Shown here: piece after piece, positions 36,801 through 48,200 of the stretch
How the letters are laid out: each line of letters opens with the position of its first letter
Numbering within the stretch: position 1 is the stretch's first letter
Origin: Lenisia limosa
Taxonomy: Eukaryota > Protista > Breviatea
Direction of reading: 5' to 3'
Assembly: GCA_001655205.1 (NCBI GenBank)
Contig: LPNZ01010514.1
Location: 1-64,000 of the forward strand
DNA: 64,000 bases
Made by a program: the position numbers and the translations under genes
The notes under the pieces: generated by a model
Databases searched by the model: none
The model's input: the letters and a program-made list of their open reading frames with translations, nothing else
What the model was told of the DNA's origin: nothing

Positions 36801-39241
36801 GAGCAAAACAAAGAGGTCTGTTCAATGTTCAACACTGTCTCAAATCCAACCATAAAAAATATTTCTGAATCAGAAGACCCAATTGACTTTTTCTTAGAGT
36901 AGAAGAACCTGGTAGACTCTACATTGTCAATATAATACAAAGAATTTGAGAAGACTAATCAAACCTTCGATAATCAAAGAAGTGGGGCAAACGAAGAAAT
37001 TCACAACATTTCCAGAGTACTGTGGAATATCCACAATGCCAATGATTGTCTTGCCATCGTTACTCAGGTAAGGCCACTACAGAATTAGCCTATCTTTCTG
37101 ATAGTTGCTTCCATGGTAGCAATGCCTCATACCTCAATATCAGAAAATCCAAAGTGTTCTGCAGAAGACACAGAACCTGACATACCAATGGTATTTGTGA
37201 CCATCTCTAAAAAACATAACAAAAAGAGAAAACCTAACCCATCAAAAAAAAGCTTGAATCTCCCATTGTCTGGGTTTTAAAGATGTTCTTTGAACTATGA
37301 GCTGAAACGCGCAAAGGAGGATCTGAAAAGATAAGAGCAAAGTGGCCTTACATGCAAAAAGGGTGGAAGGAACATAGTCAGAATAATCATCAAGAATGCT
37401 GAGCCCCATATGGTAATAGTATACATCTGTTTGGGAACAGTTGACTGTGATTGAGTTTGGCATCGGCAAGAGGGTGTCACAATAGGATGGCAGGGAAGCA
37501 ACTTTCTACCATGTAAATTGTGGGTGAAATTGAAAGAAACTACCACTGGTGTTGTGATCATAGCAGTATTAGCAGCACTGATATCTAAAGTTCCATTGTA
37601 GTTTGTTCCAATAACAATCAATTCATGGGCATCTGCAGGGTTAAAATGTCACAACATTGAAGTCATACTAGTGATGATACCAATTCGGTTGTCTTCAGTA
37701 ACCGTGAAGCTAATTGCTTCATAGCTGGAAAAACTCTCCTTTAAAAAGTGACAACACAAAAATTCCCACCATCCTGAGAAGAGTGTCAGTTGATGATACT
37801 CCGAACCCAGCCAGACGCGAGCGTTGACAGTTACAATACAGCATGCCATCTAAGCAGATTAATGTACAAAGACTATCTAACATACACAGTTAAAGATTTA
37901 GTCTCCTACCTGACTTAAGTACATAAAGAGTCTCTCCGAATATTTCAACCTGAGTGTGTTGGAAAACGTTCAGTAGGAATTGACTGCTTACCTGAACAAC
38001 GTTTTCTGCTAAGAGTGTCGGGTTAATTTGTTCTGCTCCTGAGTTGAATGGTGCCTCTCCAGAATAGAACAGCGTTTTAGAATCTGAAAAGGATAATAAA
38101 ATGGAAATTGTACCTTACCAATGAAGAAGAGGTTTTTTATGGAGTTTGAATAAACTTCTTTTCTGTTTACATTTATGGTGGAAGCTACTTCCTCAACGAT
38201 AAGTGTCAAGTTAGGCTGAGCTCCTACACTTAGTCAAGAAGGAATCAGGACAGGTCATCAACAATCTCACTTACTCACCAATTCCGAAACGACCAGGGTT
38301 AAGTCCACTAAAATATGGTTTAGTTTCGATACCTAAAGGACAACAATAAATAAAAAAAAGTACTGGGGAGACAAACCTAGCCAAAGAGCAATGCCTCCCT
38401 CAAAGAGCTTGAAATCCGTCACAATATCAAGCGGAGTACTGGTAAAAGTGTTGATAGTATTGGTTGAAGAAGTCTATAATGTGAAACCCAATATTGAATC
38501 CTATTGCCTACATAAACTGCCACTGATTGGGGTTTTCCTTTGAAATATAGAAAGTTATCGACTAGGGAATGAAATACAAAAGAGTGAACAAACCAGTAAT
38601 GGCAAAGACGGGATAGTCACCCATGATAGCCTGGGTTTTAAATATTGAACCAGGTAGCGCTGGAAGATAAGTATTGTCCGTAACAATTCTGGACCCTTTG
38701 CATCCCACGGTTTGCGAACTCCACGCTGCCAAAGAACTCATTTGCAATCGCGGTTTCCTCCGCACTCCCAATATCGTGGTGGACAATACTAAATAAACTG
38801 GCTAAACTCGTCAAATATGATCCGTATCCGATTTGAAAAACATATCACTAACAATTTGTCTCGATAAAAGCATCAGCATAACGAACATAAGTGATGTCTT
38901 CGTACAGGCCAACTGACCGCACTTTGTTTACCCTGAAAAATGAGACGAAAAAGGAACACTATTTAGTCCACTTACTTGGCTGAATCTAGCGCATATTGAG
39001 ACAGTCCAAAAACATTTCCACTGTTCCGGCCATATGCTCCAAGTTCACGAGAAGTTGCTGCAGCACATGCCGCAACTGTTATTGAATTGTAAATGTGGTT
39101 CACTTGTGTATCATATCATATCAAGTCAGCAATCATATCTTATTATCTCATATTGATCTCATACTCTTGATTAACTTAGATTCTCTTCTTACCTATCATT
39201 AACACTGCATAGAGATGAGTGAGGAGTTTGACTCGGTGCAT
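30884..39241 (-). CDS. Large receptor-like membrane protein: signal peptide, RCC1/beta-propeller-like region, Ig-like segment, GCC2_GCC3-type Cys repeats and C-terminal multi-TM domain
   Basis: Exon 1 MHRVKLLTHLYAVLMI splices to VAACAAATSRELGAYGRNSGNVFG. Gly-rich RCC1-like turns include GLNPGRFGIG and YSCGYNNG. Cys repeats are CVPCPKGTYSSGETCTKCP, CETCEPGTYK, CTACPENTQ and CADGYVGHLCNSCKDGWY. TM exons include LYGQFNVAWPAEIQAVFRTLSLLNFN, LLPFAVFGIVFYVVGVPLAV and RFRPGCSSWETSLLLRLLTVVVALTVF. It ends EFQTFKEGMWN*. Confidence 0.75.
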
Positions 39242-39630
39242 TTAAGCTTATATCAATAACACTGAATTTAATCTATAATACTCTTATAAATAATATAATT
39301 CTTCAATTAACTACCATTTCCTTTAAATTTAAAAATCATATAAAGGTCTAGTGAGGATATACATCCCCCCAGGTATCATTTCGCTTCCCTGGACGCCGGC
39401 GGGTTATTCTCGGAAAATTAGTCCCTCTCCCCTGGCCCATCTCTCTCACCTCTCACCATAGAGAAAGATATTTGGAAAGGAGAATAAAGGAATTAAGAGA
39501 AGAAGCAGAAAGCTTGCTGCAGTGTTGTGTCAGGACTACTTCAGTAATATATGACGCAACTTTCGTAGCCAAGTCCCAGTCCCACAGTGCTCTTATTCCC
39601 TCCCTTAGAAGCAAATTTTAAAGAAAGAAA

Positions 39631-42073
39631 ATGAAGAAGCTAATTGTATTAGCAGCAGGAGGATCCGTTGTTGGCCTTTCGCTTCTTTTCAATGCCAATC
39701 TTCAAGAACATAAGCAATTCTATTTGGCTGCTGTGCATGTTTGGACATCCCAAATGGGTATTTTTGTAGGAGTTTGGATATATACTTATCTTTTAGCTGT
39801 TCACAGTTGCGGTAGCATCATTCCTATTTGCACTTTACAAGTTGATATCTTATCTTCTGTTCGGAACACTCAAATCTTTGGAAGTTGAGGTTTGTGGGTA
39901 AATTCCTTTTAAATAATGACCCTTTAGGTCATCCAAGACCAAATGAAGTACTCCATCATCGATACTGTCCTGGCACTCTCAATGTTCTCGTAAGAGTGTT
40001 GAACAATAGCTGGGTGGTTGAGGGTTTCACATGCTAATTACGTTCAGTGACGACCTTACGAACCCATTCTTCTTGCTACAACTCCAACTTTTGATGCAGT
40101 GTCGTTGTCTCGGATGGACTTTTAGATCACGAGTCGAATATGTACGATGTCATCATGGTTATGGCTTTTTTCTTTATCTCAGAGCAGAGAGCAGTTTTTG
40201 ATATTGAGTCATCTGTTTAGTTTGACTGGATGCCAATGCACGGCCGTTGGAAACTGGTAAAGACCTTTATTCCTGGGGTTTGCACTTTTCTCCTCTCTGC
40301 TGGAATTGCGCTGACATATGGACTCCATGTGACTGGCTCACCAAGTTATGTTACCATGTTCCTCTTTGAGGTATTTGTGGGTGTACTTTATGTTCCTCTT
40401 GTTTCATTTATTTGTCTCATGATTCAAGTTCGTTCTTTTGGCGGTCGGAATGGTCTCCCAAATGAGTAAACTTTCGCTCTTTTCCATTGACGCAATAAAG
40501 GATAATTCATGGAGATCGAAGGTGAGCCTGCTTTCATTCATCCTTTTCTTTCTTATTTTTCTTATTTGGACTTCCCTATGTTTTGGAAAAAACTCTTTTG
40601 TTTTTTGGAATGAATGAAGCACATTACAATACTATTGGTTATTGTTGTTCACACCTCTAGACGTGGTTTGTGTCACTCAGTGACTTGACGTTTTCTTTCC
40701 ATCTTCTGGCGCTTCACCTCTGCTACTTTGCTGTCCTCTACTCCTTCGGTCTTATGCCAATTCATTTGGTTCAGAGGACTTTCGGCGCTTTCTTGTTTGC
40801 CAAATAACTTATTTCTCCTGGTTGCTCTTCCATTTGACTTTTTAAGGAACTTTATGAGAATGCTGACAACTTTCATCCAGTACAACAGAGCCCTTATGTT
40901 CCTCAAGAAAAAGTGGGAAAGCAATGTAATTATAAAAAATTAATAAATCTTAGATAAATAGCGGTATGAGTTCACCCAACCATTTAGGATGATTTATTTT
41001 GTTCCAGCACTCACACTTATGTATTTGATGGGCTAAGAATTATATAATTTCCCCTCCAAATTCATTCTTAGATTCCCATTGGTAGCGGCGGAGGAGCTGG
41101 ATGGTGAACCTTGTATTATCTGTCGAGATGACAATGACACATCGTCTCGCCGCCTTCCCTGTGGTCATGTCCTTCATACCACATGTCTGCAAATGTGGCT
41201 CGAAAAACAACAGGTCAGTGACTCAATTGTATCACCCAATACGACTTTCTATTTGCTTAGTAATGTCATATCCCTTAGCTTCAACTAATTGCTCTAGTCA
41301 TGTCCTCTTTGTCGTCGCTCGGTGTTCTCTGCCCCCATTCCACGAACCCCCTCACCTCACCAAGAACCAACTCATCCCGTCAGTCCTCCAGTTGTGCCGC
41401 CTCCCCCCGAAGTGACTGAAGTTCCCGTGGCTCATCCAGCCCCATCAAACACGCAGGTTGAAGGAGAAGTGAGTGTCTATTTGAAGTGTCTTGGTTCTCA
41501 TTTCCTTTCAGACTGAGGAGGTTTCGCACCCATCCGTACAAGAACAGCCAGAACCGCTGAGACCTCCCGTCCCTCTTCCTCCTTCAGGTTGCACAATTGA
41601 TTGTTTCTCGTCAATTATTGAACAATATTAAATGAGTTAAGTTTAACAACTATGGCAATTGATACGCTCACACAGCAGACTCTTCTCCAGCCGTCTCTGA
41701 GCCAGCCTCTCCTAAACCTTCGCTCTCCGAGCTCCGACAACTCCGAGCCTTGCGAATGCAATCTTCTCCCTCCCAGCCAGTTCCATCTGAAGAGCCCGGT
41801 CTTAGTTAGTGGATTATTGTGACAACTGCCTTGGTTTCTTGGAGTCTTACGCATCCCCCAGGTACACTTTCATCGATTTCGGGTCAGGACACATCCGTTA
41901 GAGCGCCGACGGCGTCGCCTTCTGGCTCCATGCTGGTGTTGGCACATCGTCTCGGAAGTGCGTGTGGAGCAGCAAGCTCAATGTTGGCAATGGCTGCCGA
42001 GGAGGATAAGGAAGCTCTGCATGTGATGTTGAGGGACCACGTGACTTCGATACAGGAGCTTATCGATAATTAA
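39631..42073 (+). CDS. HRD1: HRD1/synoviolin-like ERAD RING-H2 E3 ubiquitin ligase
   Basis: The N-terminus MKKLIVLAAGGSVVGLSLLFNANLQEHKQFYLAAVHV resembles the HRD1 motif (QFY..V.L). Several TM exons follow, then a RING-H2 finger CIICRDDNDTSSRRLPCGHVLHTTCLQMWLEKQQSCPLCR, then a Pro/Ser-rich tail ending QELIDN*. Confidence 0.8.
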
Positions 42074-42225
42074 TCCGTCTCCTCTGTTTCTTTTGTTTTT
42101 TCTGCTATATATTTATTTTCTTGTTTCGCTTTTTAAACTGGTCTGAGGGTTTTTTGCCACTGTAAAGGGAAACTAAATAAATAGGAAGTAAATACCTCGA
42201 AATCAGTATAAAACGTGAAAAGAAA

Positions 42226-45200
42226 CTACTCATCCACCAAAAGGATTGCCTGCTCATCAGCGAACTTTACCCAGGCCTTCTTTCCCACTGCATATCCAGC
42301 CTTATGCGCCCGTAAACGCAACGTGCTGAGCGTAATCGGTAGAAATGTCACCGCTGCTACAAAGAGAGTGTCATCATTTCTGGGGGGGGGGGGTGNNNNN
42401 NNNNNNNNNNNNNNNNNNNNNNNNNNNNNNNNNNNNNNNNNNNNNNNNNNNNNNNNNNNNNNNNNNNNNNNNNNNNNNNNCTAGCAATTATACTATTTTA
42501 ATGGTTACCATGAATTGAGACCTACTTTAAGAATTTGACCAAGACTTTGCGATCCTCATCACTGAGCTCGCCATGCACCCCCACGCGCTTGAGCGGTACC
42601 TTCGCATATCAAAGAAAACGCAGAATATTGTGCTGCGTATCTCAATAGTGGTAGTTTTACCTTAGTCTTGGGAAGCTTGGGAAGAGTTCTTCGCTGTGTT
42701 GCTGGAGCTTCATCCTGCTGCCTCAAATTTGGATCTTTTCTAAGTGTTCTGTTAGAAAAGGAGATGAAGATGCAATACACTGAAATATTGTGATAAATAA
42801 CGTGAAATCGCTCATCATACCTGCCTTCTAGAGCGGCCTGTGCGGATTTGCCTAAAGAGAATAAACCCTTCTCAAGAAGGTATGGATGGGGCAAATGAGA
42901 AAAGTAAGGAGTGTTCTTTATCCAATTTGTGAGCTGAATCATAATTTTTCTCCTTTCCTTCTCCTTTACTTGGTCTTAGAAAACTGGTACAGTGTTTATC
43001 TTGTCCATAGTTAACTCATAGATGCAAAGAGAAACTTCAATCCACCCTCGCAAACCGTAAACGGCATCCCAAATCTTTGGAAGGAGTTCCAGGGCTTGCT
43101 CGCGGCTCTCGTAATGGATACCGTACCTGAAACCGTGAATTTCAGAAATAAAACCGTAGCATGACAAATATTGGCTCATCTGTAAACGGGGTGACAGTGT
43201 CTGTTGTTAAAAAAATAGAAAGTGATAAAGTGGTATTGTTATGAACAAAACTTAAAATATTTTTCAAATACAAACACATTTTTATAGAGTCATTTGGCTA
43301 AGATATTTTTCACTCGGTGGCGCACCTTTGCAGCTGAAACTTCAGGTCCTTGTCGTTGAGACCGGCGTAGTCAGGCATCGTTCCGGCCTCCAGGTTGCCT
43401 GCCACTTCCAGCACAAGTTCGTCAACAACCTGCGGCACGGGTTCCTGAAGGGTCACAATGGCTTCATAACCAGGCAAATACACGCATCTCACTTTATTGC
43501 GCTGCCTTTTTGCCCGTTGTTTTGGTGAATCTGGGGGTACCTGGTGTGTCAAATCAGAGTGAGTCGGACAACTATCAACAGCTTGACTTCCAAACCATCT
43601 CATATTATATCATATTCATTTCATGATTTCAGCGAAGATTCACAAAATGACTCCTCCCACCTCCAAGTCATTATAAAATGGTTTGTCGTTCTTTAGAGCA
43701 TTTCTGTTCCTCCCCGTCATTCCTCGAAGTGTAAACACAGGTCTCCCGCCTCTTCCTCGGCCCCTCACACGGACCCAGTTTTTCTTTTCCGCCTCCTTGG
43801 CCGGTTTCTTCCGGGGTTCCTTTGGTGGCCGTCCCCGTCCGCGTCCTCGCACCCGGGTACCCCACCGGGTTTTCGGCATTGTTGCCCCTAGCGTGGGCGA
43901 TATGCTTCCGGACAACGACAAATCACTTGCAACAGAGCTGTTTCTCTCGTTTTGGCTCAAGTTGTCTTGGCTCGGATTGTAAGTCATCAGTGCGTCTTGT
44001 TGGCCGAAGCCTTGGGAGAAAGTCGGGATGGGATCGAATGGTGAATGTCTTGGGGAGGTATGGGGTGAAGATTGGTTTGGAGAAGAGAGCTGAGAGAAGG
44101 GCCGAGCCGACTCCGGCGGCGGCGATAGAGACAACTCCGGGGTACTGTTATCATGACAGGGGCTCCTCCGCCGTAACGGTAGGACATTTGGCTTTTTTAG
44201 AAGAACTATCGAGCCATCACTTGAAATTGCTGCAGCAATCTCATCGCTTTCCGACAGCTCTTGGCTACTCGGATCTGGATAATCCTTTTTCTTTTTGGTC
44301 TTCTTCCGAGGCTGGGCCTTTTTGCCGACAGCCACATCACTGAAATCGGAGTCGGAATCCGAACAACTGCCCACGACGCCGTATTTGATTAAACCCGTGA
44401 TCCGTACTTGGTTGTCACTCGACTCGGGAGTATCCGGCGGCGGAATATGCTGGGGGGACGCGGGGGTGGGGTACTGTTCTGGTGTACGGGCTGGATCATC
44501 AAGATCGTGTTGGGAATGGAAGGTTGTGGTGTTAAACGGATCTTGAGATCCAAAGGGAGACTGTAATGGGGACTGGCTAATGTTAATCTTAATAGTTGCC
44601 CGGGTGCCCAGGGGGAGTGGGGAGGCTTTTAGACTTCCTTGGGACACGTCATCGAATCGGTCACTGTCGTCATCAAAAATTGGGTCACGTGACCGTTGGC
44701 GTCTCTTCAGAACCGACGCGGGAGTCTTGGCGATGATGGTGAACTGAATGGGATCATCTGTTGTATCAAACGCTCTGTCATCGAGTCTACGAATTGGCGG
44801 AGTGGACGGCCTGTGTGCGTTAATACTATGCCAAATGACAACGGGTTAGGGTAGGCTGAAGCTGAAGCTGAACGTTTACAAAAGATATTGTATGTTGTAT
44901 ATTATATGATATAATCGATATATTAAATGTATAATATTCACTCAATTGTCATAATATCCACTGAGTGAGCATTATGAACTACCAACCCATACCAACATTT
45001 GGTCAGGATCATTTTCTTCCAGCATCAATTGAGTTGCAGCACCCATATGATCCCTTAAGGCATAGGCGTAATTCCGGCCAGTACTGGTCGGCAGGTCCGG
45101 AAGATGGATGGCGGAAGAGTCCACACCGCTCTCCTCCATATCCTCGTCTAGTTCCTCGTCTGGTGTTTCTAGGAGGAAGGTGAAGAACTGCTGATAATTT

Positions 45201-48200
45201 CACGTTGTCCATAAAGATGTTATGCATGCAAATCATATGAGTATAAACGACTCTATTACATGTACATGTATATGATATATATATAATATATAATATAGTA
45301 TAGTATATATCATATATAATATATCATATTAAACATACATATCATGCAATACATTTACATATTATATAATGATATTATATGACAAAATTATGATAAAGTA
45401 CTAATTATGTATATATCTAGTACATATATCATATGATATCTAGTAGTCTGATTCTAAACAAGTCCGGTAATATAATCACCTACAAAGGTGTCAGAGTGGA
45501 AAACAACCTTCCAACCTGGGCTGCTTTCTGGAGAAATGTGGGGTGAGAAGCAGGGTGAGGCAAATTCCTTTGATGACTTTGAACGGTCATCATCACTTGA
45601 CAACGATATCACGCCTTCTTCCTCCTCCTGATAGTCAACATTGGGAATATACAGTGTGCCTTGTTAAAAAAAAAAGATGCTATTTTTATATGATCATATT
45701 AGTATTATAAAATAATATGTTATTGTAAATAGCTTACCTTGCTCTCTATAGGTTCAGGTGAAGCAAGTCTCTCTTGTTTGATATTAATAACTCTCTTCAA
45801 AGCCTCAGCATCAAATCCGTCATTTTCGTTAAGGTGGTCATCATGATCGCTTTGATCACTTTGATCTGGCTCATTACCGCTATCGGAGCCCGTAGTACTC
45901 GGGTCCAACGGCGGAATCTGAGGGTTGTGCATAGCCAGGGTTGGCGTGGGCGGAAGGGTCATGTGGGGAACAGGTGAGAAGTTGGCGTTGGGACGCGCAT
46001 TTGGCGTAACGTGCACAATTCGGACACGGGTTGGTGTGTAGAGCACAGTTTTATTGCTGGAAAATGGGAGATATCTGGACCCAGCCAGAGCTGGGATGGA
46101 AGGCTCCCTTAAAGGAGTTCGGCTTGCTGGGGGGGACTTGCTCACTAAACTGGGGGGAGGTGCTATCTAGGAGGATGAGAGTCATTATGTAGTACAATAT
46201 AAAATAATATGATACAACTCTTCTTATTGAGAAGATACGTACCCTTATGGTCAGAAGAAATCGAAGAAACAAACCTGGCTTGGAGCAAGGTTCGGACGAG
46301 GGAGAGGGTATGAGACACCAGGGAGGTCCGGGTCCTCTTGGAACTAAACACATTACATCATGACACGTCCAAGGGTCTAGTTACACCATAAGAGGAAGAG
46401 GCTCACCTTGCAAAGAAGCTGTGTGAAGTGTCGTGTTGTCTCAGCCTCAAAGTGCTTTTGATACCTGGATATTAGAAAATAAAGAAAATATAGCAATTCT
46501 TATTATCAACAACTTGGCCAAGCTCACTTCTCAGGATATGAAAGAAGACGCTTGAAGAGTATCCAAGATGCCCGAACTGCCGGCGTAACGTCGTCTTTAG
46601 TTCCAGTCTCTTTTGGGGTAACTTCTCTTTTGTGAGGCGGAGACACAGCTTCAGATGGCACCAAAGGGCCGACAGAATGGTTTTCATCAGACGCTTCAGG
46701 GATTATTTGGTCGTCATTATCCTGTGTCTCAATTAGAAGCAAGCTGTCTTCAACAGCAGTCGGAATAGGTTGTGACGAAGGGGCTGATGGTGGCTTTGCT
46801 GAAATAACCGGTGACGGGGAAATGATAAGTTCCACATCCGAGCCCTCTGAAATGCTACTCTCATGACGATCTTGATGGTTCGTGTCATTGTCAGGAGGGC
46901 TATTGGGAGTTTCAAAGGGGTCTGCACCAATTTCCTCCGAACTATCGCCTGAACCAGATAACGCACCAGTATCAATTTCTTCTGCTAACTCTCCACCAAT
47001 TACAGGAGAACTTTCGCGTGAACATTCTAGGATTTGTGGGGCTGGCAAGCATGTCATTTTCGGAGAAGGTTGCACGGTTGGCTCAGAGGGAGGCTCGAGT
47101 TGAAGGCTCGGATAGGAGTTTTCAGAGTCCCGGTCCGGGCTGAGTTCGATGATGTCATCATCAGGAGGATTACTTTGGGCCTTGAGGGGAGACAAAGAAG
47201 ACCGCACTACTTCAGAATGGAGTGATAGGTTTTGATCCAATGATCGCTTTTCGGAGTGGGGTGACATATCAACAACGACTCCAGTTGGTAGACCCCCGGA
47301 TGATTTGGATTTTATTAACTTGTATTGGGGGGACACTGGGGGGGAGGGCGGGACGGAAGAAACATTTGGGAATGAGGAGATGATATTCTCGGGTTGGGGT
47401 GAGTCATAGGAGGATGGAATTTGGTCTGGCAGTGCAAGAGATGATGGGACCTGGGAAGGTGAGAGCTGTGTCTCAATTTGACTATCAACTCGTACCCCGG
47501 TTCGCCGTGGGAAATAACTTGGGCTTCGTGCATACCCTGGGACTTTGGAGGGTGACATGACGACGGGTTTGGTATTGCGAGAGCGAGCAGCAAGCTTGAC
47601 CAGTTCGTTACCGTTAGATCTCTGTTCAGTGCCAGCGGAATCGACAGTGGCAGCGACGGCGCGGTTGAGGAAGTTGTTGCTGGTCTTCATGGCAACGACC
47701 TTGTCCTCAGCTTCGTTTACTTGCAGTTTCTGCGTTGACGTGTGCTGCTTTTGTGAATTGAGGAATGCGCTTCTCCGGGATTGTCTCAGTTCCTCATTTT
47801 TCTTCCGCTTCAGTTTGTACCTGCACGTTATTCGATAGTCATGGTGAATGTTTTTATGAAGATATGAAAAAAAAGGGAAAGAAGAATCAGACAAAGATGG
47901 AACCCACTTTTCATCAATGGCCGACTTGAGAGCAATATGAGCAGGATGTGGGGTGGTTAAGACCGTTTCAATGTCAACCGGCTTGCCCTAATATGTCACC
48001 ATAGATAAAAAGAAAGAGCCAAATACAGTTGACACTATGAATAACTCAAAGAGTAGAGCCCAGCTCCCACTGCCCACCTCCTTGACCATGGTGTCGATAT
48101 TACTCTGCACGCGAGCTTGGTCCATTCTAAACGCCGCGTCGATGTTAAGTCCGAGGTCCTCCTTCAAGTGTCGCGGGGTAATGGCGTTTCCCCTCAGATG

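Noticed and set aside
45240-45445. AT-rich (ATATC/ATAT)n stretches here and at about 12050, 18830, 30250-30600 and 57450
   Set aside because: Ordinary low-complexity intronic or intergenic microsatellite sequence, with no terminal repeats or target-site duplications.
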